Assembly (NCBI GenBank): GCA_902566955.1
Contig: CACFKX010000005.1
Coordinates: 516-64,515, forward strand
Length of the DNA stretch: 64,000 bases
Source of the DNA: an uncultured SAR86 cluster bacterium
Lineage (GTDB): Bacteria > Pseudomonadota > Gammaproteobacteria > Magnimaribacterales > AG-339-G14
Direction: 5' to 3'
Both the position numbers and the translations under genes were made by a program. A model generated the notes under the pieces. It was not told the DNA's origin. It saw only the letters and a list, made by a program, of their open reading frames with translations, and ran no database searches. This document shows, piece by piece, positions 32,711-43,434 of this stretch (position 1 is the first letter of the stretch; every line of letters starts with the position of its first letter).

Positions 32711-34075
32711 TTACTTTAATTTTGCTAGATAGCTAGCTAAGCCGGTGTATTGTATAGGAGTTAGCTTAAGAAGTTTAGTTTTATCTACTTCATTAATAGG
32801 GAGATTTTCTATTAAGTTTCGATAACTTTCTCCGCTTAATTCTTTTCCTCTAGTTAATTTTTTTATGATGTCATAACTATTAGAAATCTTATTTTTTCTC
32901 ATGACAATCTGTATTGCTTCTGCTAAAACTTCCCAACTTTCCTCTAATTCCTCATTAATTTTTTTCTTATTTGGTTCGAGTTTATTGAGCCCTTTATTCA
33001 GTGACTTAAGTGAAATTTCTAAATATGCAAAACACAGACCAATATTTCTGCTCACTGTTGAATCGGATAAGTCTCTTTGTAATCTAGAAATTTGTAATTT
33101 ATTTTTGAGAGCAGGAATTAAGCTGTTTGATAAAGTTAAATTTCCTTCAGCATTTTCGAAATCAATTGGATTGACTTTGTGCGGCATAGTTGATGAACCC
33201 ACCTCGGACGAAGAAATTTTTTGTTTCAGGTAATCTTTAGATACATAAAGCCAAATATCTTTTGATAGATCTATTAATACATTATTTAAATTTTCTATAT
33301 TAGATAGTAAGAAAACAAGATTGTCTTTAAATTCAATTTGAGATGAAATTAGAGAATATCCTAGATTAAATGAAGATATAAATTTCTTAGTTATATTTGG
33401 CCAATTGATTTCAGAGTCTAGTGCATGATGGGCATTAAAATTACCTACAGCTCCATTAAATTTTGCAGATTGTTTCGATTCATTAATTTTATTTTGATGA
33501 AAGGAAATTCTATGAAAAAAATTCTTAAATTCTTTCCCTAAAGAAGTAGGGCTAGCTTTTTGACCGTGTGTGAAAGAAAGCATAGAAATATTTGCCCATT
33601 TGATAGCCATTTTATTAATTTCTTTATTGAGAGATTTTAGATTTGGTAGTAAACATTCAGTTCTGTATCTTTCAACCATTAATGCATAAGACAGATTGTT
33701 GATATCTTCAGAAGTGCAACAGATATGCACAAATTCACTCAGTTTGGATAATCCCACTGAATCAAGCTCCTTTACTATGTAAACTTCTACAGCTTTTACA
33801 TCATGATTGGTAATTTTTTCTATAGACTTAACTTTTGACGCTTCTTTCAAATTAAAATTTAAAAAAATACTTTCAATTTTTTTCTTTTGGTTTTTACTAA
33901 TTAGAGGTAAAAAATTTAAACTTTTTATGTTTAATAAAAATAATAGCCATCTTATTTCTACTTCAACTCTTGTTTTGATCAGAGCAAATTCAGAAAAATA
34001 ATTTTCAAGATCTTTAACTTTATTTTTATATCTTCCATCAATAGGAGATATTGATAAAAGTGATTCTTTAGTCAT
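32711..34075 (-). CDS. purB: Adenylosuccinate lyase
   Basis: SPIDGRY, TNHDVKAVE, TSEDINN, GSSTMPHKVNPIDFEN. Confidence 0.96.
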   Translation of the reverse strand: MTKESLLSISPIDGRYKNKVKDLENYFSEFALIKTRVEVEIRWLLFLLNIKSLNFLPLISKNQKKKIESIFLNFNLKEASKVKSIEKITNHDVKAVEVYIVKELDSVGLSKLSEFVHICCTSEDINNLSYALMVERYRTECLLPNLKSLNKEINKMAIKWANISMLSFTHGQKASPTSLGKEFKNFFHRISFHQNKINESKQSAKFNGAVGNFNAHHALDSEINWPNITKKFISSFNLGYSLISSQIEFKDNLVFLLSNIENLNNVLIDLSKDIWLYVSKDYLKQKISSSEVGSSTMPHKVNPIDFENAEGNLTLSNSLIPALKNKLQISRLQRDLSDSTVSRNIGLCFAYLEISLKSLNKGLNKLEPNKKKINEELEESWEVLAEAIQIVMRKNKISNSYDIIKKLTRGKELSGESYRNLIENLPINEVDKTKLLKLTPIQYTGLASYLAKLK

Positions 34076-35142
34076 GACTTATAAATTTCTCCACCGCCTA
34101 AACAAATATTATCTTGATAAAAGACAATTGATTGACCTGGAGTTATGGCTCTCTGAGGCTTTTTAAATTCTACACTAAACGTTTTACCCTTTTTCGATAA
34201 GATGCATTCCTGATCATCTTGTCTGTATCTAATTTTGGCTTTCAGTTTTATAGGTTTGGTCAGATCTGGTTCACAGATCCAATTAATAGAATCAACAGAT
34301 AATTTGTTATTAAATAATTGTTGATTATCGTTTCCTTGAGCTACTACAAGAATATTTTCTGATAATTTTTTTTCTACTACATACCAAGGTCTTTCGTCGT
34401 AATCCTTCAATCCACCGATTCCTAACCCTTGTCTTTGACCTAAGGTATAAAAACAGAGGCCCCTGTGTAAACCAACCTCATTGCCCTTGTCACAAATAAT
34501 TTTTCCAGGTTTGTCGTTGATATAGTTCTCCAAAAAACTTGGGAAGGGCCTTTCTCCAATAAAACATATTCCAGTACTATCTTTTTTTTCAAAGGTAGAT
34601 AAATTCATTGATTTTGCAATATCCCTAACTTCTTTCTTTGTAAATTCAGAAAGTGGAAAGATAGTTTTATCTAAAACCTTTTGATTTATGTTACAAAGAA
34701 AATAGGTTTGATCTTTGTTTTTATCTTTTGCTTTTACTAAGTAATTAAGTCCAGAAATCTTTTTTATTCCTGCGTAATGACCCGTGGCAATACAATCAAA
34801 ATTATTTTCGATAGCATATTTATAAAATTCATTAAATTTAATATATTGATTGCATAAAACATCAGGGTTGGGAGTTTTACCTTTTTCTAGATCTATTAGA
34901 AATTTATCAAAAACCTTACTTTTGTATTCTTTTGAAAAATTTACATGATGTAATTTAATATTTAATTGATCTGCAACCTTAGCAGCGTCCATAAAATCTT
35001 CTTTTGCAGTACAAAGTGGGGTTCCATCATCATCTTCCCAATTCTTCATAAAAGCACCTTCTACATCATATCCTTCTTGCAGAAGAAGTGCTGCAGAAAC
35101 CGAAGAATCTACACCGCCTGACATGCCAACTAGTACTCTCAT
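34072..35142 (-). CDS. mnmA: tRNA 2-thiouridylase
   Basis: SGGVDSS, TPNPDVLCN, ATGHY, KDQTYFL, DSTGICFIG, TPGQ. Confidence 0.96.
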   Translation of the reverse strand: MRVLVGMSGGVDSSVSAALLLQEGYDVEGAFMKNWEDDDGTPLCTAKEDFMDAAKVADQLNIKLHHVNFSKEYKSKVFDKFLIDLEKGKTPNPDVLCNQYIKFNEFYKYAIENNFDCIATGHYAGIKKISGLNYLVKAKDKNKDQTYFLCNINQKVLDKTIFPLSEFTKKEVRDIAKSMNLSTFEKKDSTGICFIGERPFPSFLENYINDKPGKIICDKGNEVGLHRGLCFYTLGQRQGLGIGGLKDYDERPWYVVEKKLSENILVVAQGNDNQQLFNNKLSVDSINWICEPDLTKPIKLKAKIRYRQDDQECILSKKGKTFSVEFKKPQRAITPGQSIVFYQDNICLGGGEIYKS

Positions 35143-35190
35143 CAAGGTATTTTATTAAAAAAATGCAAAAGTCTTAAACCTTTATTTTAA

Positions 35191-35199
35191 TGGTACAAT
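35191..35199 (+). promoter_or_regulatory. Putative extended -10 promoter of icd (TG-G-TACAAT)
   Basis: TGnTACAAT 40 nt upstream of the icd ATG in the divergent mnmA/icd gap. Confidence 0.5.
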
Positions 35200-35239
35200 C
35201 TCCCCCTAAATTATCCCTACCTATAGATAAAGAAAAGTT

Positions 35240-36514
35240 ATGAGTTTTGAAAAAATAGTAATTCCGTCTGGTGGAGAACCTATCACAATTAATGAAGCAG
35301 GTAAGCTAAATGTACCTAATAATCCCATAATTCCTTTCATAGAGGGCGATGGTATTGGTACAGATATTACTCCTGCAATGATTAAAGTCATCGATAATGC
35401 TGTGGAAACAGCTTATGGCGATGAAAAAATGATCTCTTGGATGGAAATTTATTGTGGTGAAAAATCAGTAGAAACCTATGGGAATGATACTTGGCTTCCT
35501 GATGAAACGATTGATGCAATTAAAGAATATATTGTTGCAATAAAAGGCCCACTTACTACTCCTATTGGTGGAGGTATTAGGTCTTTAAATGTTGCCCTTA
35601 GACAAAAATTAGATCTTTATTCTTGTGAAAGGCCGATTACTTATTTTGAAGGAGTCCCTAGCCCAGTAATCTATCCTGAATCTACTGATATGGTTGTTTT
35701 TAGGGAAAATTCTGAAGATATCTATGCCGGTATAGAATTCAAGGCTGATTCTGACGAAGCAAAAAAGGTTATTAAATTTTTTCAGGAAGAAATGGGGGTT
35801 GGAAATATTAGGTTTGAAGAATTTTGCGGTATTGGTGTTAAACCTATCTCCAAGCCTGGAACTGAGAGATTGGTTCGAAAAGCAATTCAATATGCTGTTG
35901 ATAATGACAGATCCTCTGTCACTTTGGTGCATAAAGGCAACATAATGAAATTTACTGAAGGAGCATTTAAGGAATGGGGTTACGGAGTTGCTAAAACAGA
36001 ATACGGTGCGGTTTCTCTAGATGGTGGTGAATGGATGAGTTTTATAAATCCTAAAACTGGAAGGACTATTGTTATCAAAGACGTAATAGCCGATTCTTTT
36101 TTACAACAAATCCTGACAAGGCCCGCTGATTACGATGTTATAGCTACAATGAATTTAAACGGCGACTATATTTCTGATGCTTTAGCAGCCAAAGTAGGTG
36201 GGTTAGGCTTAGCTCCAGGAGCTAACGTTGGAGATCATATCGCTTTATTTGAAGCTACTCATGGAACAGCTCCAAAGTATGCTGGTGAAGACAAAGTAAA
36301 CCCATCATCTTTGATTCTTTCAGCCGGAATGATGCTTAATCATATTGGATGGAAAGAAGCTTCAGATAACGTAATCAAAGGAATTAGCTGGGCTATTAAA
36401 AATAAGCTTGTTACTTACGACTTAGCTAGATTAATGAAGAATGCTACAAAACTAAAGTGTTCAGAATTTGCAGATGAGGTTTGCAAAGGCATGAAGATGG
36501 GGTATCTCAAATAG
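35240..36514 (+). CDS. icd: NADP-dependent isocitrate dehydrogenase (dimeric)
   Basis: [48 protein letters not shown]. Confidence 0.96.
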   Translation: MSFEKIVIPSGGEPITINEAGKLNVPNNPIIPFIEGDGIGTDITPAMIKVIDNAVETAYGDEKMISWMEIYCGEKSVETYGNDTWLPDETIDAIKEYIVAIKGPLTTPIGGGIRSLNVALRQKLDLYSCERPITYFEGVPSPVIYPESTDMVVFRENSEDIYAGIEFKADSDEAKKVIKFFQEEMGVGNIRFEEFCGIGVKPISKPGTERLVRKAIQYAVDNDRSSVTLVHKGNIMKFTEGAFKEWGYGVAKTEYGAVSLDGGEWMSFINPKTGRTIVIKDVIADSFLQQILTRPADYDVIATMNLNGDYISDALAAKVGGLGLAPGANVGDHIALFEATHGTAPKYAGEDKVNPSSLILSAGMMLNHIGWKEASDNVIKGISWAIKNKLVTYDLARLMKNATKLKCSEFADEVCKGMKMGYLK

Positions 36515-36524
36515 CAAAGATTTA

Positions 36525-36884
36525 ATGTTTTTTGATTTTAAATTAGAGAGCAAGAATCCAGAAGAAGAATTTGAGGGCGACTTATCAGTCGCTATTAGAC
36601 CTTCTGATCCAATAGTAAAAAAACCTTCTTTATATAGAATTCTTTTGTTGAATGACGACTATACGCCCATGGAATTTGTAGTATATGTGTTACAAAAGTT
36701 TTTTAATTATGATCAGGAAAGAGCAACGCAAATTATGTTAGCAGTGCACACTCATGGAAAAGGAGTTTGTGGTATCTTTACAAAAGAAATAGCTGAAACA
36801 AAATCATCACAAATCAATGATTTTGCTCAACAAAATGAACATCCTTTATTAAGTGAAATTGAACCAGTGGATGACGAAGATTGA
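36525..36884 (+). CDS. clpS: ClpAP adaptor ClpS
   Basis: [29 protein letters not shown]. Confidence 0.95.
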   Translation: MFFDFKLESKNPEEEFEGDLSVAIRPSDPIVKKPSLYRILLLNDDYTPMEFVVYVLQKFFNYDQERATQIMLAVHTHGKGVCGIFTKEIAETKSSQINDFAQQNEHPLLSEIEPVDDED

Positions 36885-39145
36885 TGTTAGAAAAGAATTT
36901 AGAAAATTGTCTTAATAACGCATTTAAGAAAGCTCATAGCTCTAACCATGAATTTGTTACAACAGAGCATTTATTATTTTGTCTTTTAGATAATAACGAA
37001 GCTCTTAAGTTACTGTCTGCTTGTAATGTTGATATTGAAAAATTAACTTTAGAGTTAGATAAATTTTTAAAGGACTCTATCCCTGAAAATAGAGATTCAA
37101 ATAAAGATGTTCAAGCTACTCTGAGCTTTCAAAGAGTAATTCAAAGAGCAGTCTTTCACGTTCAAAGCACAAAAGGGGCAGAAGTAACGGGTGCTAACAT
37201 AATTGTTGCTTTATTCAGTGAAAAAGAGTCTTACAGCGTTTATTTGTTAAAACAACAAGGCATGACAAGATTAGATGCTGTTTCCTACCTTAGTCACGGG
37301 GAGGAAGAGGAATCTGAAGATTTAGAAATAGACTATCAAAATGAAGATGGTGACGAATCTGAGCAAAATGCATTAATTAAATACGCTACTAATTTAAATC
37401 AAGAAGCAGCTGAAGGAAACATAGATCCGCTTATTGGCAGATCTAATGAATTAGAGAGAATCACTCAAATAATCTCAAGACGAAGTAAAAACAATCCGCT
37501 GTTAGTTGGAGAATCCGGTGTTGGAAAGACAGCTGTTGTAGAAGGTCTTGCAAAAAATATAGTAGAAGGAAATGTCCCTGATGTCTTAAAAAATCGTCAA
37601 ATTTTTTCTTTAGATATGGGAACTCTTCTTGCTGGAACAAAATACAGAGGAGACTTTGAAAAAAGATTAAAGTCAATTCTCAAAGAACTAAAAAAAATTG
37701 AAGGATCTATACTTTTCATAGATGAGATTCATACCGTAATTGGTGCAGGTGCAACGTCTGGAGGAGTAATGGATGCCTCAAATTTATTAAAACCTACCTT
37801 GGGAAAAGGTAGTTTCACTTTGGTTGGTTCTACAACTTATACTGAATACAGAAATATTTTTGAAAAGGATAGGGCATTATCAAGAAGATTTCAGAAAGTA
37901 GACATTGAAGAGCCATCTCAGGAAGAAACTTTAAAAATTCTTGAAGGTTTAAAATCAAAATTTGAAGAGCACCATGAACTAAAATATTCAAAAGAGGCAT
38001 TAAAATCAGCTGTAGAACTTTCATCAAAGCACATAAATGACAAATTTCTTCCAGATAAAGCCATTGATGTTGTTGATGAAGCTGGTGCAAGGTTAAGACT
38101 TCTAAAAAATAATAGAAGAAAAACTGTTTCTGAACTAGACATCCAAAAGGTTATTTCATTGATGGCTAGAATACCTGAAAAAAGTGTCTCTAAAGATGAC
38201 AAGGTTTCTTTAGGTAAACTCGAAGAAAACTTAAAAAGAGTTATTTTTGGTCAAGATGACGCTATTGAAAAATTAGTCAGCTCTATTGTTATGTCTAGAG
38301 CAGGCCTTGGTAACGAAGAAAAGCCAATTGGAAGTTTTCTATTTGCCGGACCAACTGGTGTCGGAAAAACAGAATTATCAAGACAATTATCATTGTCTAT
38401 GGGCGTAGAACTAATCAGATTTGATATGTCTGAATATATGGAGAGACATACTGTTTCTAGATTAATTGGAGCACCTCCTGGTTATGTTGGTTATGATCAA
38501 GGTGGATTATTGACAGAAGCAGCTGTAAAAAATCCTCACTCAGTAATTTTATTAGATGAAATTGAAAAGGCTCATCCCGAAGTTTTTAATGTCTTACTTC
38601 AAGTAATGGATCACGGTACGTTGACGGATAATAATGGCAGAGTAGCTAGTTTTAAAAACGTTGTCTTAATCATGACAACTAATTCAGGCGCACAAGAGAT
38701 GGCTAGGAATTCTATGGGATTCCAAAAACAAGATAATTCATCGGATGGTGCTGAAGTTATAAAAAAAGCTTTCTCTCCAGAATTTAGAAATAGACTTGAT
38801 GCAATAGTTCAATTTGATTCTTTACCTGAAGAAGTTATTCTTACAATAGTTGATAAATTTTTAACAGAAGTGCAAGCTCAACTTGATGAAAAGCAAGTTA
38901 CTTTAGAAGTTGATGACGTTGCAAGATCTTGGCTGTCAAAAGAAGGATACGATGAAAAAATGGGTGCAAGACCTATGTACAGGATAATTCAAGATAAAAT
39001 CAAGAAACCGTTAGCTGAGGAATTAATTTTCGGTGAACTTTCAAAAAATGGCGGTAGCGTTATGGTTTCAGTTGAAGATGATGAATTAAAAATCGATCTT
39101 AAATCTAGTCCAAGAAAAGAAGAGAAGAAAAAAGAAAAGGTTTAA
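36884..39145 (+). CDS. clpA: ATP-dependent Clp protease ATPase ClpA
   Basis: Two AAA modules ([16 protein letters not shown]), no M domain, follows clpS. Confidence 0.95.
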   Translation: MLEKNLENCLNNAFKKAHSSNHEFVTTEHLLFCLLDNNEALKLLSACNVDIEKLTLELDKFLKDSIPENRDSNKDVQATLSFQRVIQRAVFHVQSTKGAEVTGANIIVALFSEKESYSVYLLKQQGMTRLDAVSYLSHGEEEESEDLEIDYQNEDGDESEQNALIKYATNLNQEAAEGNIDPLIGRSNELERITQIISRRSKNNPLLVGESGVGKTAVVEGLAKNIVEGNVPDVLKNRQIFSLDMGTLLAGTKYRGDFEKRLKSILKELKKIEGSILFIDEIHTVIGAGATSGGVMDASNLLKPTLGKGSFTLVGSTTYTEYRNIFEKDRALSRRFQKVDIEEPSQEETLKILEGLKSKFEEHHELKYSKEALKSAVELSSKHINDKFLPDKAIDVVDEAGARLRLLKNNRRKTVSELDIQKVISLMARIPEKSVSKDDKVSLGKLEENLKRVIFGQDDAIEKLVSSIVMSRAGLGNEEKPIGSFLFAGPTGVGKTELSRQLSLSMGVELIRFDMSEYMERHTVSRLIGAPPGYVGYDQGGLLTEAAVKNPHSVILLDEIEKAHPEVFNVLLQVMDHGTLTDNNGRVASFKNVVLIMTTNSGAQEMARNSMGFQKQDNSSDGAEVIKKAFSPEFRNRLDAIVQFDSLPEEVILTIVDKFLTEVQAQLDEKQVTLEVDDVARSWLSKEGYDEKMGARPMYRIIQDKIKKPLAEELIFGELSKNGGSVMVSVEDDELKIDLKSSPRKEEKKKEKV

Positions 39146-39364
39146 TTATTTACCCCTGTAAGTAATCCTACCTTTAGATAAATCATAAGGTGTCATTTCA
39201 ACTTTAACCTTATCTCCAGTGAGAATTCTGATGTAGTTTTTTCTCATTTTTCCCGAAATATGAGCCGTTATCACATGATCATTTTCAAGCTTAACTTTGA
39301 ATGTAGTGTTGGGCATGGTGTCGATAACTTCACCTTCCATTTCTATTAGATCTTCTTTTGCCAT
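39146..39364 (-). CDS. infA: Translation initiation factor IF-1
   Basis: [11 protein letters not shown]...[18 protein letters not shown]. Confidence 0.97.
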   Translation of the reverse strand: MAKEDLIEMEGEVIDTMPNTTFKVKLENDHVITAHISGKMRKNYIRILTGDKVKVEMTPYDLSKGRITYRGK

Positions 39365-39395
39365 AAAATATGTTTGTATATGACTATTATGCCAG

Positions 39396-39503
39396 ATGAA
39401 AAAGGAAGATAAAAAGTTTCATCTTTGGACGTTACTTTCTTCGCTAGGTGTGATTATTATTATCCTAGCTATAGTTAGTTACTATATTGATCTAATTTAC
39501 TGA
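39396..39503 (+). CDS. Putative 35-aa single-pass membrane protein (absent from the ORF track)
   Basis: [35 protein letters not shown]; stop lies 1 nt before the next ATG; TATTAT 5 nt upstream. Confidence 0.55.
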   Translation: MKKEDKKFHLWTLLSSLGVIIIILAIVSYYIDLIY

Positions 39504-39504
39504 A

Positions 39505-39759
39505 ATGAAAAATCTTAGTGACTCAGATATTTCACGGGTTATTGAAATGGCCTGGGAGGATAGAACACCCTTTGATGCAATCGAAGCTCAGTTTTCTTTA
39601 AAAGAACAGGAAGTAATAGAGATTATGAGGCGAGAAATGAAAGAAAGTAGTTTTAAGATGTGGAGAAAAAGAGTCAACGGTAAAAACACGAAGCATTTAT
39701 CAAAACGCTCTTTTTCTGTTGGAAGGCATAGAGCAAAAGTCCAAGGCAAGCTAAGGTAG
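39505..39759 (+). CDS. TIGR03643/DUF2805-like small protein
   Basis: RVIEMAWEDRTPFDAI..QF, SFKMWRKRV.G..TKH. Confidence 0.85.
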   Translation: MKNLSDSDISRVIEMAWEDRTPFDAIEAQFSLKEQEVIEIMRREMKESSFKMWRKRVNGKNTKHLSKRSFSVGRHRAKVQGKLR

Positions 39760-40329
39760 TTAAAAATAAGTTTTTAAATTTTTAAATAGAATACCCTTAA
39801 TTTCTTTATTTGTGCGTTTAGAAATTCCAACAAGTCTTTGCCAAAAAGGAAACGAGAGAGTATTCAAAATAAATTCTTTTTCTTCCCATTTTTGGTCTTT
39901 TATTTCGGGAAGAAATTCAAAAATATAGTTGCTGCTTCTTTTATTCCACTCAACGATATTCATCCTTACATCCTTTGAATACCATAAATTTTTAACTGTC
40001 CAATGATATACATACTGATATTTTTCATATGTATTGCATGTGAACTCAATGAGTAATTTCAACCTTGAATTTACATCAACATTCAAATCGATTTTTGGTT
40101 TAGATGATTCAAAGTCATTCAAAAGCTTATTATGCATACCGATAATTAAAGAATTCTTATCTTTAAAATGACGGAATATAGTACGAGTTCCGATTTTTGC
40201 TTCCTTGGCAATTAATTCATGAGTGATGTTTAAAATGCCTTCATTGAGAAGGGAAAATGCGGTGTCTATAATTAATTCAGATGTATCTTCGCTTCTTTTT
40301 TTTCTACCGTCTATAGATGTAATTTCCAT
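39760..40329 (-). CDS. TetR/AcrR family regulator
   Basis: DGRKKRS...IAKEAKIGTRTIFRHFKDK HTH; start at 40329 preferred (40347 is the alternative). Confidence 0.85.
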   Translation of the reverse strand: MEITSIDGRKKRSEDTSELIIDTAFSLLNEGILNITHELIAKEAKIGTRTIFRHFKDKNSLIIGMHNKLLNDFESSKPKIDLNVDVNSRLKLLIEFTCNTYEKYQYVYHWTVKNLWYSKDVRMNIVEWNKRSSNYIFEFLPEIKDQKWEEKEFILNTLSFPFWQRLVGISKRTNKEIKGILFKNLKTYF

Positions 40330-40340
40330 ATAATTATCTT

Positions 40341-40369
40341 TTGACATGTTTTATGTCATATTATATATT
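40341..40369 (+). promoter_or_regulatory. Sigma70 promoter TTGACA-17-TATATT overlapped by operator palindrome TGACAT-N5-ATGTCA
   Basis: -35 at 40341-40346, -10 at 40364-40369, inverted repeat at 40342-40358, between the divergent tetR and GST genes. Confidence 0.75.
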
Positions 40370-40388
40370 TTTGAAAAGATTAACTCAA

Positions 40389-41426
40389 ATGAACGAAACA
40401 CCCATTAAATTAATAGGTAATCCAGCATCACCTTATACAAGGAAGATGATTGCATATTTGCGATATAAAAGAATTCCACATCATGTTATTTGGGGAGATG
40501 TATCTGAGATCCTAAAACTAATGAATATTGATCCACCGAAACCAATTCTATTACCGGTTTTTCTTCTACCCAGAGATGGAAAATTAACTGCGGTAACTGA
40601 TTCAACGCCATTAATTGAAGAATTTGAAAATTCTTATCCAAATAGATCTGTTTATCCTGAAGATCAATCTTTAAGATTTATTAATTATGTTCTTGAAGAC
40701 TTTGGTGATGAATGGTGCACAAAATATATGTTTCATTATCGTTGGCATTTTACTGAAGATGCTGATAATGCCGGAACTCTTTTACCATTAGGAATTATGA
40801 ATAATATTTCTGATGATAAGCTAGCTTTTTTTAAAGGCCACTTTGCAAAAAGACAAATAGATAGATTATGGGTTGTTGGATCTAACGACGAAACTGCCCC
40901 TTTTATTGATCATAGTTATAAATCGTTTCTTGAGATTTTAGAAAATCATTTAAAAATCCAACCGTATTTACTTGGATCATCTCCATCCTCTTGTGATTTT
41001 GCTGTATACGGTCAGCTTACTCAACTTATAGGATTTGATCCTACGCCTCGTAAAATTACTCATGAATTAGCTCCAAGGGTAATTGGATGGGTTAGATCTC
41101 TTGAAGATAGAAGCGGACTTGAAGTTCAAGAAAATAATCTAACGCTCTCGGATCTTCCTCAAACAATTCATGATTTATTTAAAGAAATGAGCACTTCCTA
41201 TGTACCAACCATGATTGCAAATAAAAAAGCAATTGATGAAGGCAATGATGAGTGGGAAATTGACTTAGATAAAGGTAAATGGAAACAAAAATCTTTTCCG
41301 TATCAAGCAAAATGTTTAGCATGGATTAAAGAAGAATATGAGAAACTAGATACTGAAAAAAAAGATGAAGTTTTCTCTTTTTTACAATTAAATCATTGTG
41401 AATCATTGGTGACATCAAATGAATAG
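40389..41426 (+). CDS. Glutathione S-transferase family protein (long type)
   Basis: SPYTRK, LLP.F, DSTPLI, DFGDEW, YLLG..PS.CDFA.YGQL. Confidence 0.8.
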   Translation: MNETPIKLIGNPASPYTRKMIAYLRYKRIPHHVIWGDVSEILKLMNIDPPKPILLPVFLLPRDGKLTAVTDSTPLIEEFENSYPNRSVYPEDQSLRFINYVLEDFGDEWCTKYMFHYRWHFTEDADNAGTLLPLGIMNNISDDKLAFFKGHFAKRQIDRLWVVGSNDETAPFIDHSYKSFLEILENHLKIQPYLLGSSPSSCDFAVYGQLTQLIGFDPTPRKITHELAPRVIGWVRSLEDRSGLEVQENNLTLSDLPQTIHDLFKEMSTSYVPTMIANKKAIDEGNDEWEIDLDKGKWKQKSFPYQAKCLAWIKEEYEKLDTEKKDEVFSFLQLNHCESLVTSNE

Positions 41427-42342
41427 AATTACTGAAATGTTGGGTTGTAAATACCCAATAATACAAGCTCCTATGGGGTGGATAGCAAGAAGTAACCTTG
41501 CATCAGCTGTATCCAATGCTGGTGCATTCGGCATTATTGAAACCTCTTCTGGAGAGGTAGATCAATGCAAGGATGAAATTAAAAAAATGGCTACATTAAC
41601 CAACAGCCCCTTTGGAGTTAATTTGCCAATATTATTTTTATCTGACGAGAGCATGCTTGATGTTGTTATAGGTGAAAATGTTAAATTTGTTACAACCTCT
41701 GCAGGAGATCCAGCTAAATATATACATAAATTAAAGGAGGCCGATATCAAGGTATTTCATGCTGTACCGAACCTTGCTGGCGCCATGAAAGCAGTTGATG
41801 CAGGAGTTGATGGTTTGGTTGTAGAGGGGACAGAAGGGGGCGGTTTTAAAAATCCCGAGGAAGTTGGACTTCATGTATTAATTCAATCAATCAAGAAACA
41901 CACTGATCTTCCTATTGTTGCAGCTGGAGGCATCGTGGATGGCAGAGGAATGGCAGCTGCTTTTGCTGCTGGTGCAGAAGGCATTCAAATGGGTACAAGA
42001 TTTGTATCATCCTTAGAAAGTCCAGTTCATGATAATTTTAAAAATGCGATCGTAAATGGTAATGAGCAAGGTACATATATTCTCAACAAAAAAGCTAAAC
42101 CTTGCATAAGAGCATTGAAAACTGATTTTACAGATAAAATTTACGACGTTGGCCTCATGGATATGAGTGCGATGTCTGGAATTAAGAATCTATACTTTGA
42201 TGGCGATATGAATGCTGCACCTGCATTGGCAGGTCAATCAATAGGATTAATAGAAGAAATAAAACCAGTAGAAAGAATTATTAATGAGACGATTACTGAG
42301 TTTAATGAAATTTGTGATTCTATGGCTTCTATAAAGTTCTAA
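41419..42342 (+). CDS. Nitronate monooxygenase / FabK-like flavoenzyme
   Basis: YPIIQAPM, SAVSNAG, PFGVN, EGTEGGG, AAGGIVDGRG, GIQMGTRF. Confidence 0.88.
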   Translation: MNRITEMLGCKYPIIQAPMGWIARSNLASAVSNAGAFGIIETSSGEVDQCKDEIKKMATLTNSPFGVNLPILFLSDESMLDVVIGENVKFVTTSAGDPAKYIHKLKEADIKVFHAVPNLAGAMKAVDAGVDGLVVEGTEGGGFKNPEEVGLHVLIQSIKKHTDLPIVAAGGIVDGRGMAAAFAAGAEGIQMGTRFVSSLESPVHDNFKNAIVNGNEQGTYILNKKAKPCIRALKTDFTDKIYDVGLMDMSAMSGIKNLYFDGDMNAAPALAGQSIGLIEEIKPVERIINETITEFNEICDSMASIKF

Positions 42343-42345
42343 AGG

Positions 42346-43428
42346 ATGAAAATTTTAAGGACTCCGGATAGTAGATTTAAAAACATAAAAGACTTTCCGT
42401 ATGAACCTAATTACACCTTCATAAAGACTCATGACGATTCTGATTTGAGAATACATCATATAGATGAGGGTCCTAAGGATGGTCCAATTCTTTTAGTGAT
42501 GCATGGTCAGCCTGTTTGGAGTTATTTGTACTCAAGGATGATTCCTTATCTTACTGATGCTGGAATTAGAATTATTGCTCCTGATTTACCTGGCTATGGT
42601 AAATCCGATAAACCTGCATCAAGAGAAGACTATTCTTATCAACGACAAGTGGATTGGATGACCGATTGGATAAAAACTAATGATCTAAATAATCTCACTT
42701 TTTTTGGCCAGGATTGGGGAGGCCTTATCGGATTAAGGGTTGTTGCTAACCAACCAGATAGATTTCTTAAAGTAGCTATGGGGAATACAGGTTTACCGTA
42801 TAACCCTGATGTACCTCAAGACGTCATAGATAAAATCAAAGCTTTTAGAAATAGTAATATAAAACTTAATCCAATATCTATGCAAAGAGAAATAAGAAAA
42901 ATGGATGGCAAAAATATTTCGGGTAGCGATTCATCACATCATCCAGCTTTAAGTTTTATGTATTGGCAGAAACTATGCTGGGATACTGAAGATCTTCCTA
43001 TTGGATTTATGATGACGAGCATGATGGAAAGAAACTCACGCATCAAATTTTTAATTTATTTTATATTTCTTAGACTTGGCTTAAGGAAACTATTTCCTTT
43101 TAAATCAAATCTTGATAAAGCCTACGAAGCACCATTCCCTAATCCGTCCTATAAAATGGGTCCTAGAGCTATGCCCAGTCATGTACCGATGATTCCTGAT
43201 CAATCATTAGAAGCGCAAAAGAAAGCAAGAGAATTTTATAAAAGTTGGCAGAAACCTTTTTTAAGTGTCTTTGCGGGCGATGATCCAGTTACAAATGGAG
43301 CTGAAAAAGACGTGTTGAAAATCTGTCCTAATGCAAAAAGTGCACCGAATATTGGAGGAGGGCATTTTTTTCAGTGGACTAAGGCAAAAAAACTATCAAA
43401 TATACTTATTGATTTCATAAAAGAGTAA
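42346..43428 (+). CDS. Haloalkane dehalogenase, HLD-I (DhlA-like) subfamily
   Basis: LRTPD.RF, HGQPVWSYLY, PDLPGYGKSDKP, nucleophile QDWGG, AYEAPFP, GHFFQ. Confidence 0.82.
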   Translation: MKILRTPDSRFKNIKDFPYEPNYTFIKTHDDSDLRIHHIDEGPKDGPILLVMHGQPVWSYLYSRMIPYLTDAGIRIIAPDLPGYGKSDKPASREDYSYQRQVDWMTDWIKTNDLNNLTFFGQDWGGLIGLRVVANQPDRFLKVAMGNTGLPYNPDVPQDVIDKIKAFRNSNIKLNPISMQREIRKMDGKNISGSDSSHHPALSFMYWQKLCWDTEDLPIGFMMTSMMERNSRIKFLIYFIFLRLGLRKLFPFKSNLDKAYEAPFPNPSYKMGPRAMPSHVPMIPDQSLEAQKKAREFYKSWQKPFLSVFAGDDPVTNGAEKDVLKICPNAKSAPNIGGGHFFQWTKAKKLSNILIDFIKE

Positions 43429-43434
43429 TAACTC

